DNA of 46,711 bases. Origin: Octopus bimaculoides (taxonomy: Eukaryota). Each line of letters opens with the position of its first letter. Position 1 is the stretch's first letter. Location of the stretch: assembly GCF_001194135.2 (NCBI RefSeq), contig NC_068982.1, positions 31,430,019 through 31,476,729 on the forward strand. Direction: 5' to 3'. The notes beneath the pieces are model-generated. The model had not been told where the DNA came from, searched no databases, and saw only the letters and a program-made list of their open reading frames with translations. Positions 13,001 through 25,849 of the stretch are shown one piece after another. Position numbers and translations under genes: made by a program.

Positions 13001-14149
13001 ATTAATTATTTAATTCACTTTTCTATGAATGCAACACAAAATCAATAATAAAAAATATAGTGAAGCACGTGTTGTTGCGTTAGTGTTGAAACTGAAATTT
13101 ATTAAGTTGTTTATCTCATTTTTAATTCAATGGTTTTATATAGCCTGCTCTCCAAGAAAATACTAATCAATAAATAGACTTACACTTAAGCGTTTTTGGC
13201 ATTTTTTCGAAGCATGAATGCATTATGCAACTTCGTTGTCGTTATCGATAATGTAAAGTTTATGACAAATATCAATGAAGCCATTTTCAAAAATAATTTA
13301 CCCGACTTTAGATTAAATCTTTAAAATAATCTTTTTATAATTATGAACACCATGTAAGCTCTTTTATAATGTTCTGTAAATATTAATTCGATACAAGCTC
13401 TGTCATTATATTCTGTAATTATTAACACTATGTAATATATGAAATATAATATGCAATGTAATGTAATGAAATATGTGTAAAAATTATGTAAAATATATAT
13501 ATATAATATAATATGAAGTATATTACGTAATATAATATTTTGTAAATATTAAGTCTATGTAATCTCCACCAAAATATTATGTAATTATTAACGGTTTAGC
13601 ACAAGTTCATGCTTTGCGAAAATAATAAGATTTACATCGTATGAAATAGAAAAATGTCTACAACTCATATGGATTCCATGGAACTGTTTTCACATCTATC
13701 AATGACAGGAAACAAAGCAATAAAAGAAAATGAATTAGAAGCAAACGGTTATACTCAAACACCATAAAAAGAAAAATTATACTTACTTTGGAAAAACATA
13801 GTCGAATCAGTTGTCTCACATAAATAGCTTCCCTTGATTAAATAAATGAAATAAGAGGGAGAAAAAATTCGATATATTCGGGAAATTAGAGAACAGATTT
13901 TCAATGTGTATTAAAAGATTGAACAGTATTTGAAGTTATATCATATTGTAGGAAATATTTGGTTTTAATACTTTAATATCCATTTCAGTCTAACACAATC
14001 AGAGAAAAATATAAAAATCCAGTATCTTGTGTAGAATGATGAATTCCATGTATAAAATTTCGAAACTTTGAGATCGATGTTAAGGATTATACGTATATAT
14101 ACGAGCGCTGGTCCTTTTATAAAAGTATTTCCAAACTATGATGTACAAA

Positions 14150-14152
14150 CAA

Positions 14153-14195
<43 letters not shown>

Positions 14196-14490
14196 NNNNN
14201 NNNNNGCGTGCGTATGTGCATATCTGTTTATCTATAAGTCTATTTTGGAATTGGTTTATATGTGCATATGTTTGTGTGTCTGTGTTGTTCCCCCAGCATC
14301 GCTTGACAACCGATGGTGATGTGTTTACGTCCCTGTAATCTAGCAGTTCGGCAAAAGAGACCGATAGGATATAAGTACCAGGCTCCCAAAGAATAAGTCC
14401 TGGGGTCAATTTGCTCGACTAAAAGGCGGTGCTCCAGCATGGTCGCAGTCAAATGACTGAAACAAGTAAAAGAGATAAATAGAAAAAGAT
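14150..14490 (+). mobile_element. SINE family B, internal (GT)n plus 3' half
   Basis: (GT)n followed by gcttgacaaccgatggtgatgtgtttacgtccc...gaataagtcctggggtc...gcagtcaaatgactgaaacaagtaaaag; homologous to 16582-16770 on the minus strand. Confidence 0.88.
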
Positions 14491-14569
14491 GCTACAAAAC
14501 GCTACGGGTAAGATATAGGATCCCTAATGCCTAATGCTATTGCGATCTCATTTCATGGACTTTCATTTA

Positions 14570-15019
14570 NNNNNNNNNNNNNNNNNNNNNNNNNNNNNNN
14601 NNNNNNNNNNNNNNNNNNNNNNNNNNNNNNNNNNNNNNNNNNNNNNNNNNNNNNNNNNNNNNNNNNNNNNNNNNNNNNNNNNNNNNNNNNNNNNNNNNNN
14701 NNNNNNNNNNNNNNNNNNNNNNNNNNNNNNNNNNNNNNNNNNNNNNNNNNNNNNNNNNNNNNNNNNNNNNNNNNNNNNNNNNNNNNNNNNNNNNNNNNNN
14801 NNNNNNNNNNNNNNNNNNNNNNNNNNNNNNNNNNNNNNNNNNNNNNNNNNNNNNNNNNNNNNNNNNNNNNNNNNNNNNNNNNNNNNNNNNNNNNNNNNNN
14901 NNNNNNNNNNNNNNNNNNNNNNNNNNNNNNNNNNNNNNNNNNNNNNNNNNNNNNNNNNNNNNNNNNNNNNNNNNNNNNNNNNNNNNNNNNNNNNNNNNNN
15001 NNNNNNNNNNNNNNNNNNN
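14570..15019. other. Assembly gap (450 N)
   Basis: Directly visible. Confidence 0.98.
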
Positions 15020-15624
15020 ATGTGGGGGGGGGTGTATATACACATACATATATATGTATGTGCGTGTATTTATATTTAATGGGAGAGACTGAGTGAGCGA
15101 GAGAGAAAGAGAGAGAGAGAGAACGACAGAAAAATGAAAATGTGAGTATATATATTTTGGAAAACTTATATAGAAACCTAAGGTTTTTTTCTGGAACTAC
15201 AATAAAAAGAATATGCATTATACTGAAGACAGCAAATATGAAGATAAAGTAGAAAGCTAAGATAGTCGCAAAATTTCATAGCTTAGGTGTGAGAGAAACC
15301 GAATGAAAGAATTTTTGCATGGAGTGCAAATTTTCATATCAGCATTTATAAGTATTGACATTCACGCTAAGGCAATGTGATGACAGAAAATCAATTCACT
15401 GTCATAAAACATAATGTAAAATACTGGCAAATATATATCTGTATACACACATACACATCAATATATCTATATGTATGCGCAGATACGCATACATATATGT
15501 AGATCTATATATATCTGAACATGTATAAATTTACATATAAATATATGTATATAATATATATACACACACACACACACATATATATACCTATATTTATAAG
15601 TTCATATACATATGCATATAGAGA

Positions 15625-15671
<47 letters not shown>

Positions 15672-15683
15672 GTNNNNNNNNNN

Positions 15684-15725
<42 letters not shown>

Positions 15726-16019
15726 GAAATACACATCTGACAAATTGTAAATTCTCAAGTCAATTTCACTGCATTTTACCAGTGAGAAAATGATCTCGCT
15801 TATGGTAAAAGATGTAAATACACCTTTATCATTTCAGTGGAACCTCCTATTGGATTCCTAGATTCATTTCTGGCTCTCTACTCCGTCCTCGGTTTAGGAA
15901 TAGCAAAGGGAGTTAATCTTGATCTTACAGGAAGCAGAAACTTTATAATGAATCACTCAAACTACTTACGAATTTATTCATCCTGGGCCGCTCACGAGCG
16001 CAAATTTGTTATCAGTATT

Positions 16020-16222
16020 CTTTTCTACTCTAGGCATAAGGCCCGAAATTTTGGGGGAGGGGTCCAGTGGATTAGCTCGACCACAGCACGCAGCTGGTAC
16101 TTAATTTATCGACTCCGAAAGGATGAAAGGCAAAGTCGACCTCGGCGGAATTTGAACTCACAGACGAAATACTGCTAAGCATTTCGCCCGGCATACTAAC
16201 ATTTCTGCCAGCTCGCCGCCTT
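16020..16222 (-). mobile_element. SINE family A monomer, about 203 bp, with diverged 18-bp TSD
   Basis: Same head (aaggcggcgagctggcagaa) and tail (tatgcctagagtagaaaag) as the dimers. TSD aaatttgttatcagtatt (16002-16019) vs aaatttgtcattaatatt (16223-16240), 15/18 identical. Confidence 0.9.
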
Positions 16223-16581
16223 AAATTTGTCATTAATATTGACTGGTTCATTATATAGCTATGACTTACTATCAGTCTAGGATTAACTTTCTTTGGCATC
16301 TCCTACGCAACAAGGCATACCGAGCCAAAATTGCATGTAGAATTCCAATAAAAAGGGTTACACGGAGCTAATAATGGTGTATTTCTATCTTTTACCGTAA
16401 GCGAGAATTTTTCTTCCCTCTAGTAGACTGCAGTGAAGTTCCTTTTAGAAGTTGAAATATGTCAGCAGCATATTTGAACTACGATAAATCTTGTTAAACT
16501 TCCCGCTATTGCATTCTGCACTGCTATGTATCTATACTATATATATATAAATATATATATATATAGATATAAATATATATA

Positions 16582-16807
16582 TTCTTTTATTCTTTTACTC
16601 ATTTCAGTCATCTGACTGCGGCCATGCTGGAACACCACCTTTAGTCAAGCAAATCGCCCCCAGGACTTATTCTTTGTAAGCCTACTATTAATTCCATAGG
16701 TCTCATTTGCCGGACTGGTAAGTTACGGGTCGTAAACACACCAGCGTCGGTTGGCAAGCGATTCTTGGGGACAAACAAACACACAAACACACACAAACAT
16801 ACACACG

Positions 16808-16856
<49 letters not shown>

Positions 16857-17016
16857 ACACACATATATATATATATATGTATACGACGATTTTCTTTCAG
16901 TTTCCGTTTACCAAATCCAATCACAAGACTCTCGTCGGCTCGAGGTTATAGGTGCCACGCAGTACAACTGAACCCGGAACCATGTGGTTGGTAAGCAAGT
17001 TAATTACCACACAGCC
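16582..17016 (-). mobile_element. Near full-length SINE family B: tRNA-like head, internal (TA)n(TG)n, 3' body
   Basis: Head ggctgtgtggtaattaacttgcttaccaaccacatggttccgggttcag, microsatellite at about 16770-16880, and a 3' body matching 14290-14480. Confidence 0.88.
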
Positions 17017-17039
17017 TCTCCTGCGCCTAGATCGCAAGT

Positions 17040-17208
17040 CACTACACATTCTTTATTTTCTCTCTCTGTTTCTTTCCGTGTTCCTTTCTGTGGAAGGGTG
17101 TAGGCTCAAAACGTTAAAGACTTTTTCACTTCCCGATCGTTAAACTAATAGATCTGTTTGTTGTCTACACCACCTGTCTTCGTCTTTTGTTTGTTTGTGA
17201 ATTCTCCC
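17040..17208 (+). mobile_element. Short repeat resembling a Penelope-like element terminus
   Basis: ctgtggaagggtgtaggctcaaaacgttaaagac...ctaatagatctgtttgttgtctacaccacctgtcttcgtc, recalled as a frequent octopus repeat; contains a degenerate hammerhead-like core. Confidence 0.5.
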
Positions 17209-17231
17209 TGTATGTATATATATGTGTGTGT

Positions 17232-17269
<38 letters not shown>

Positions 17270-17405
17270 TGTTGAAAACGCACTTAAATTTCAAAAGCTC
17301 GTAAATGTTTAAAATACTTTTATTTGCATATATACCAAACTAGTTTCAACAATATTTTTTGCTTATTAATGGTAAAAGTTTAAAATTAGAAAAACATCGT
17401 TAAAA

Positions 17406-17481
17406 GTTTCTATGTTGACAAATCAAAACGTTTCAATGTTGACAAATTAAAATGTTTCAATGTTGATAAATTATCATGTTC
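17406..17481. repeat. 24-bp tandem repeat, about 3 copies
   Basis: gtttctatgttgacaaatcaaaac / gtttcaatgttgacaaattaaaat / gtttcaatgttgataaattatcat. Confidence 0.9.
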
Positions 17482-17874
17482 AAAACAGAAGGTGTAAGTT
17501 TGAAATTAAAACTGTATATCAATTTGTTAGAATGTACAAGGTTCATTAATTTCAGTTGTGGTCGACAAGTCATACTGAAAAAAACAAGTATGAGAATTAA
17601 AATAGTAAAAAAGGGAAATTGGTTTACGGTTTCTCAGATCTTCTTTAAATAGTCGCTTTCGCTTGTAATGGTATGTTTAGGGATCGGCTGTATTTATGAT
17701 TTTTTTTTTCTGCGAGCGGATGTTATTTTTGATTCGTTGAAAAATTGATGACGTTTTTCTTCCGTGGTCATCCTTGTCATTCTCCTAGGTTGGTTTCCTT
17801 GTGGATACGGTTATAGGTCGTTCCGGTTGGTTGGTTCTCTTAAAGGGTCATTTCGTTGTATTCGCTGAAGGTCG

Positions 17875-17960
17875 GTTTTGATTGGTCTGGAATTATGTGA
17901 CGTCAGCAACTGGTGTTTGTGGAATTTCATTGGATTGGAAGTGGGTGACGTCGACATCTT
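17875..17960. promoter_or_regulatory. Cluster of CRE (TGACGTCA) and CCAAT-box motifs
   Basis: TGACGTCA at 17898-17905, TGACGTCG at 17946-17953, ATTGG at 17881, 17929 and 17934. May belong to a retroelement terminal repeat. Confidence 0.35.
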
Positions 17961-18044
17961 GCGTTTGTGTGGTGATTTGGAGTTGCGGTTTCGAAACCCG
18001 GGTGGAAAAGTTATTGCTTATTTTTATAAATGAGTAAGCAGGTG

Positions 18045-19551
18045 GCAGTATCAGTGAAGTATTTATTTCTGAGAAAGCATTAGAAATTTATAATGATTTA
18101 GTAAAGAATCCCCCGAGTACACGTGCTGAAAGTGATACTTTTGAATTCAAAGCTTGTAGAGGTTAGTACGAGAAATTTAAGAAGGGAAGTGAAATACACA
18201 GTGTAATTAGGCATAGAGAGGCAGCGAGTTCAAACAAGGAAGCAGCTGAGAAATTTGTGATTGAGTTTAGTGTTTAGAGTTTAATGTGATTAAATTTCGT
18301 GTTTAATGGGAATGAGACAGGATTATTTTGGAAACGAATGCTAAATAGGGCCTATATTACTAAAGAGTAAAAAGCGTTGCCAGGGCACAAACCAATGAAA
18401 AGTAGACTCTTTTGCTATGCAGCAACGCAAGTGGCGATTTCAAGGTCAAGCCATTGCTTGTTTACCATTCTTATAATCCAAGGTTTTTTTTAAAGAAACA
18501 ATGCTATGAAGAGTAAATTGCCTGTTTTGTGGCGGGCTAATACGAAGGCTTAGGTTATTAGACAATTTTTTTATTGAGTGGATTTATGAAGCTTTTGCCC
18601 GGAGTGTTAAACAATATCTGTAAGAAAAATACTTGCCACTAAAATGCCTTCTCATGTTAGACAATGCTCCCGCTCAGCCTCCATATTAGGAGGATGATTT
18701 AGTTGAAGAGCTTAATTTTATTCAGGTCAAATACCTGCCACTTAACACAACTCCTCTAATTCAACCAATAGACCAACAGATCTTGGCAAACTTTAAGGAA
18801 CTTTACACAATAGTTCTGATGCGAATATGTTTTCAAGTCACTAATGACACTCAGTTAATTCTCAGAGAATTTTGTTAAAATCCTTTCAATATCCTGAATT
18901 GTGTTAATCTTATTGATAATGCATGGAACCAAGTGAGTTTTAGAACCATGAATTCAGCATGAGGGAAACATTGGTCAGTCTGTGTACAAGAACGAGAGTT
19001 TGAGGGGTCTAAGACATCTACAAGTACTGCTGCTGTCGAGGATATTCCTATTGTTGATGATATTGCCTCTATGGGAAAAACCTATGGGCTTGGATGCCGA
19101 CAGTGAAGATATTGAAGATGTGGTGGAAGACCACCGTAATGAGGTTACCACCGAAGAGCAGGTAAACTTTCAAAATGAATAGCAAAAGAGTTTGGCTGGA
19201 GAAATGTCTTCCGGGGAGAAGGAAGGAAAGGAGGGGGTCCCAAGTTCTTTAATCAAAAGCATTTGTGCTAAATGGGGTGATGGATAAAGTTTTGTGGAAA
19301 AACATCACTCTGATGCAGTAGTAGCAAATAGGGCAGTAAACATTTTCAATGACAATGCCATGTTCCGTTTTAGAAAAAAATTACAACGCAGGCAAAAACA
19401 ATTAACACTGGACAAGTTTTTACTGAAAGAGAACAGAAAAGAAACTCCAGAGAAAGATTTACTTGAGCCAAAGAGACGGAAAAGCGAAGAAACACCCGAA
19501 AGACAGTTATCACAACTTTTTATGGAAGGGGATTCTCCTTTGTGTGTTTGA
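18045..19551 (+). pseudogene. Tigger/pogo-family (CENP-B-like DDE) transposase pseudogene, 5'-truncated
   Basis: FKACRG*YEKFKK..IHSVIRHREAASSNKEAAEKF; NGNETGLFWKRM; KALPGHKPMK; SNASGDFKVKPLLVYHS; MLDNAPAQP; NTTPLIQPIDQQ; C-terminal QKQLTLDKF...FMEGDSP. Many stops and frameshifts. Confidence 0.93.
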
Positions 19552-20194
19552 ATTAGTTTGTTTGAAGCATGGGAAAAGTGGTTGTGGGAAACAAGCTTCT
19601 TACCACTCAGACTCGCCTGTGCGTCTGTATTTTTGTCTAGAAATAGATTTTTTCCTGCATCTTGCATGACATATAATCATTACTTTGTCCTGATTTTATC
19701 TATCGTTTCTAAAATACTACTGATATGGTCATAATATTAGAATGCTGAATTAAACGTCTTGTTCGAAAATGCTCAATCTTTGGAATCTGCGTCGGAACAA
19801 TCACATGATGCGTATTGTGATTGTAGTACGTTGAGCTCCAGTCTAATTAACAGCTGCATTGCAATTCACCCATGATTCAATAGTTACTAAAGCTCAATGA
19901 TGAATGATCTGGAGTAGTAAAATCTTTATAGAAACGTTACTGGTGTTGCCATAGACTACGGACAAGATTCTTTGACATGTAACCTTTCCTAAAAATGATA
20001 CTAACGTTTTAGATCGGATGCAACAGCTGCGGAATATGACCACCTACTCTGGATGACTGCACACGAAAACAGACAAGAAGACCATTGTAAATGTGCGTAA
20101 TGCTATTCAGGATAAATGTCATATCGCCATCGAGCTTTTTCTAAAAATTTCTATGTGAAAGGCAATAAAAAGAATAACAATAATCATAATATTG

Positions 20195-20408
20195 GTTTCA
20201 CATTCAGGCACAAGTCCAGGTATTTCGAAGGAAGGAAGTAAACCAATTATTTCAACCCCAGTGTTCAACTGGTTCTGATTTTATCGACATCCAACGGATG
20301 AGAGGCAAATCGACCTCTGCGGAGCTTGAACTCGGAATCTGAAAACGGACGTAATGCCGCTAAGCATGTCGCTCGGCATGCTAACGATTCTGCCAGCTCG
20401 CCACCTTA
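20195..20408 (-). mobile_element. SINE family A-like monomer
   Basis: Reverse-strand head (aaggtggcgagctggcagaatcgttagcatgccg), B box and core. Confidence 0.85.
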
Positions 20409-20489
20409 AGAAGACTAGGAATATTAACTACAAAATCATCACAGCGAGAGATAAATTAACACGTGAGACAAAAAGTTGTAATTGTTGTG

Positions 20490-20630
20490 TACCCCACAAT
20501 TATCCACCCTGAAATGATAAAAGGCAAAGTCAACCTCGGTGAAATTTAGCCTCAGAACGTAAAGACAGAGAAAATGTGGTTAAGTAATTTTTGCCGCGTG
20601 CTTGCAATTCTGTCACTACACTGCCTTAGA
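20490..20630 (-). mobile_element. Degenerate SINE family A fragment
   Basis: aaaggcaaagtcaacctcggtgaaatttagcctcagaacgtaaagacag. Confidence 0.75.
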
Positions 20631-20866
20631 TCATCTAACATTACTTGCTAGTTATATTTCTTATCGCTTGGTTAATAAAATTTTGTTATAAAACTAACTT
20701 GTCTGTTATTAGGACTGACAGATGTTATCAATAGTGCATACAGGCCATGCAATATGGAATCTCTGCAAATATTACATAAAAATTGAATTACCTTTTACCA
20801 TAGATCAATATTTTCCAATCATCTTCAAAAAATGTTAACTTGGATTTCAAACTAAAATCATCGCCC

Positions 20867-20911
<45 letters not shown>

Positions 20912-21780
20912 AACATACACACACACATACAAACATGCATACATAAATACACACACACACGGCGCGCGCATATACACACATATGCTTAACTGGGCCTGCG
21001 AAATTTACGTCACGCATTTATTTTAAAGCAACTAAATTTATGTTGATAGTTATGTAATAATCTGTTTATAATCCCTACCTTTTATTCATTTGTCCTTCTA
21101 TCTACTTGGTTTGTTGTCTCTGTTTTTATTTCTTCATAATTTTATCGTGGTTTCTGTTTTGTCTGGTCTAAACGCTTGGTTAGTTATACTGTGCTAAAGC
21201 CACTGCTTTCGTACTTTCTTTCTTGTCCTTTCTGTTTAGTTAATTCTCTTTCATCTTGTATATTCTTTCTTCGTCAAAAACAGATTTATGATTTGTCGGC
21301 ATTAGTCTACTTCTAACGCTAGCCACTTCATCGTTTTTTTTTTCTTCTCTAGTCATCTCTCCTCTCTTTCTTTCGATCACTTTTATTTGTATCTTCGCTT
21401 TCGATCACAAAGCCTTTCTGCTGATCGCTGTTTTAATCTGACCTTTGCTATAACATATTCCTCTGTCTATCTACAGTTTTTATAGGTCCTTTAGAAATAA
21501 GCTTACTGATATAAAATTTGCATTTCACCACACCTTTTTCTGAAGAAAAAAATTCGGCAATTCAACACTTGCAGCTTGATTATATTAATGTATCATGTTT
21601 ACATGTTGATGATAATTTCTAACTGTTCGATGTGTATTTCTGTATCGGTATGCACACCCGTTTGTTTAATTACATATTATTACATCAATAAATCATTAAA
21701 GTTTTGAATGAGTTAAAAAAGATTTTAAGGACTATATTTTTTCCCCGAATATTTTCCTGCTTCTTGGTGAAAACAACACT

Positions 21781-22610
21781 TCAAATCTCAAAAAATCTTT
21801 CCCACGATCCTTGTAAAATACACAATGTCACTTAGGTGCACTTCGACATCATGTGTCTCAAATTCAATATTGTTCAGCTTCGGAGGTATCAGCTTAGATT
21901 CCGACGAGTGCACCAATTACCAAAGGTTCAATGTTTACCTTTTTTGTTCCGCAATCTCTTCTTCTCTCTGGTTAGGACAGGATATTTTGCAAATTTTCTC
22001 ACTGTTTTTTTTTATATCTACTCTACTGTCATATGGCATCGCAAATCTAATGGTCTTTTTCTTCCTCTCCTTCATTGACGAAACAAGTCTCCTTGCTATA
22101 GTATTATCAGGCTCTACAAAGAGACTTCATGAAATTCTATACTTATCTTTCTCCACCAGTTCCTCTGCTCGCGTCCGCACTTTTCCATGATTTCATATTA
22201 ACACACATAGGTAACAGTCTAATGCAATCCTTTACTGATGCCGTTGTGTCTGTGCTCATGCTTTATTTGTGTCAGCTTACAATTCTTGCTTTGAATATGG
22301 TTAACACTTTCATCCTGTCCGCTGAGCGACTGAATTCTATCAGACTTTTGTCTTTATTAAATCTATTATTTTGGCTTGTACTTGAGTGCCTATTACTAGC
22401 GATTCAGTTTCCCATTCCACATTTCTAACTCTCAGCCAAAACTATCATTTTCCACTTTTGTTGTATGAATATGCCATGTATTTTCTTTTTTCCCAACTAT
22501 TTGTCCTGCAGTTTTCTTTTCTATTCTTGAATTTGTTTCCTTGTTCCAGTAAATTCGTTGATATTTTAACTATAAACATTCGTTGTTTTGAGATCACTGT
22601 CATTTCAAAC
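21781..22610 (-). pseudogene. R4/Dong-like non-LTR retrotransposon C-terminal relic (post-RT, zinc-knuckle region, RLE)
   Basis: KKIHGIF; FWLRVRNVEWETESLVIGTQVQA (cf. WL..G.LK.ETESLIIAAQ.QA); DESVNHIQS...HRHNGISKGLH; KYRIS*SLFVEPDNTIARR...FAMPYDSR; PLVIGAL; ends FFEI* at 21781. Confidence 0.82.
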
Positions 22611-22699
22611 CCCAAATCGAAGCATAGGTGATGTATTCTGCATTCAAATATTCCTGTCCCATTAACTTATTGGTACATAGAGCCTATCGATGTTAGTCT

Positions 22700-22782
22700 T
22701 TCATCCTCATCATCATCATTATCATCAACAACAACAACAACCTCCTCCACCTACTCTTCATCATCATTCTCGTCGTCGTTGA

Positions 22783-22836
<54 letters not shown>

Positions 22837-22870
22837 GATTATTGTTATCATTATTATTATTATTATTATC
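22700..22870. repeat. Compound trinucleotide array (CAT)/(CAA)/(TTA)n
   Basis: Long (ATT)n run at about 22783-22868. Confidence 0.95.
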
Positions 22871-25234
22871 TTTTCCTATGATACTACAAAGGTTTACAAT
22901 ATATATCAAGACTATAATCGTTAGACTTTACAATTGAGCTAGACTCATGAACACTTATTTATAAATACTTTTATGATTATAACTATTTGTACGAAATCTC
23001 TTTCATCTTTTATTGAAGGTAATATATACCACTAATGCTAGCTTTAGTCTGGTGGGTTTGGAATATTGATATTAGTTTTCTGGTTTCTCAATCAAAGCTG
23101 TGAGTATTACCTGAATTATCTTGACTCTATATTTCTGAGATTGGAACTAGGTTGAGCTTTCTGATTTCGGTTTTCGAATTATACCTTGTTATATTTAACA
23201 ATCCGCTTCTTCAGAGAATTTCTTTTATTGCGCTATTTTCAACTTATTTTTATGTAGTTTACTTAATCAGTTTTCTGTATTCGTCTCCGGACATTTTACT
23301 TTCTATATCGTTCCCATGATGCTATGCAGTTTTGCAAATTTCTTTAGTGCTTTGTTTTGAGTGGATATGTCTCCGCATTGTATAATAACGGAATGAGAAT
23401 TGCGTTTTTTTTATGTATATATTTTAGGTTATCTCTGTGAAGGAAACAAATAACGCATTTCCAATCTATTTATAACTATTCGATTTGAATAAATAAATTA
23501 AAATATGTCAGGTAGAAATTATAGAGGATATGCAGAGTTTTTTAATATTAAATTTTGTGTTTTAAATGAATATTATATGAATTTTATTTCTTTCTCAAGT
23601 TATAGAACAAATAAATTTTGCCGGCACACTCTAATATGTTATATAATAAGTTAATTCGAATCAGTCGGACTTATGTGTTTCTTTAATTGAACTAATAATG
23701 TTTTCTTTTTAAGTTTCTTAAATATATACTTTTCAAGCCTCATTTGTGCTCTTCTGGTCTGATTTTATTTCCTACGTGTGTAGTTTTCGGACAGTCGTTT
23801 CATTTACAGTAATTTTCATTTACTAATTTGAATCGGGTATTTTTTCATCACTCTATCAAGAGTCTTGTGACATGATGTAAATACTTTTCTAGGATTTAGA
23901 AAAATCCTTGCAAAGAAATTCATAACCGCAGACATGGTTGTAATGTTAAGAATACTGGTTCGCATCATCACACTCGGACGTTAGTGTACTGTATTCTGCC
24001 ACTGTTATTGATCAACCACAGTCACGAAGCCAAGTGAGTAATTTTGTGATCAATGGAAATTGCGTGGAAAGCCTTCAGCTGGTCATGTTTTCTTTTTTGT
24101 GTGACAGAATTAATCTGCCACCAATGTTCACATCACGAATTCGGTATCCTTAACTTTATACATCTGGTCAGAAGATAACCTGCTCCGAGAGTCTCAGAGA
24201 TGCTATACTATCCAATGTTTAGTTATTGCTCGGAGTAACTCGCAAAATACCTACCAAATGGTTACTCTTTTTATTTTCTTGGAGGAAATGATGATCAGTA
24301 ATTCCTAATGCAAACTTTGTTATTGTTTCTTTTATTGTATTCTTTAAAATTTAGAATTTTTGGGAATTAAATTATTTTGAATGATTCCCATTTTGAGTAA
24401 GAATTCAATTGAGTTGGTCTCCAGCATAAGTTTGCAGCGGCAATTTTCTACTCCATCGGAGAATAATGTTATCTAGACGGATAGCATTATTAGCAGTAGA
24501 ACATCGCCAGAAAATAAGTGATTAAAGAAACATAGATGTGATATTTAGAAATATGATTCATTATACATCCTTCACAGAGAATAAATTTCATCTAATTTTA
24601 GACTAGAGCAGAGACGGCTGAAATTTATAGCATTCTAAATTAATTGCATAGACGTTGTTTTGCATCAGGTCACCGATAGAACGTGTGTGTTTCTTAAATA
24701 GTTGACAACCAAAGGATAGCTTACGTAGCTGATAGAAACTAACACTGTAAGCGATAGCAATGCTTTGGAATTGAAGTGTAATTCATAAGATGTTTGCTTA
24801 GCCAAGTTCAACCTACGTCATTGAAGAAAAAAGAAGCAGTTTTAAAAGACCAGCTGGCTGTGCATCGGTCACGTAGAGAAATGTGATTAGAAAAGAATAA
24901 AATAACAGCGGTAATATCAAAATGTAGAACTTTGCGTGTGGAACCGATATACAAATATGGTTCTATAAAAGGTCGTTAAAAAAAAGCGGTTTTTGGAAGC
25001 ATCTAATTTTAAAGAATTTTGTTTGCATAATTTCTTGAATGTTTTTCTGTTTCAGGAAAGGAAAGACTAACAAATAAAGAAACACTATTTCTTCATATCC
25101 TTCGTTTAAATATTAGTAATACTGAAATTGTCACAATTTTCTATTTATTAACTTCATTAGTAATATCATATCTTGAAGAAATGATAATTCACATTTGTGG
25201 GAGTGTTTTCTCTCTCTCTATAAACTGCATTCAT

Positions 25235-25257
25235 GCACACACACTCGCGCACATATC

Positions 25258-25296
<39 letters not shown>
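25235..25296. repeat. (CA)n microsatellite
   Basis: Directly visible. Confidence 0.9.
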
Positions 25297-25849
25297 TCCT
25301 GCACACAACCATAGAGATATAGACACGCTAACAAATTAACACACGCACTCATACTCATATATATGTTTCTGCGTATGCGGGATGAGTGTGTTTATGTTTG
25401 TATGCATACATATTAATGCATGAATCATTGGTTTCATGTAATTCTTTATTACTTTATTGAATACATGTCTCTCTATTTGTGTATTTAAACGCTATGCACA
25501 CACACATGTACACATATATAAAGATACATATATGCGTGTGTACTGAGCACCTGTATATGTTTGTTTCGTTTCTATGTGTATGAGTGGGTGCGCGCGCACG
25601 TGTTAATGTTCATTAAAAAGCTGAAGTTCATGGCATGCACTACCATGAACGTCAGCGTTTTAATTAGTAATATCTCTCGAACTATTTCATTTAAATTTCA
25701 TTTTATGACTATTTGTTTGTATTCCTACCCTCAATCAGTTAGTAATGCTCTCTGTCTCAATAAAATCTGAACATGCATTTGCAGTTCTTACTAAATCATT
25801 TTAGTTGTTCTTACAACGATAACTTTACACACATTACACTGCAAACATA

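Noticed and set aside
12020-15218. Long ORFs of 160-295 aa in the ORF track
   Set aside because: They are translations through N-gaps and microsatellites (poly-X, HT/CV repeats). The same applies at 25773-26002 and 35083-35424.
19740-19880. Possible Gypsy gag relic (AELNVLFENAQSLESASEQS)
   Set aside because: Resemblance too weak; no protease, RT or integrase motifs or LTRs nearby.
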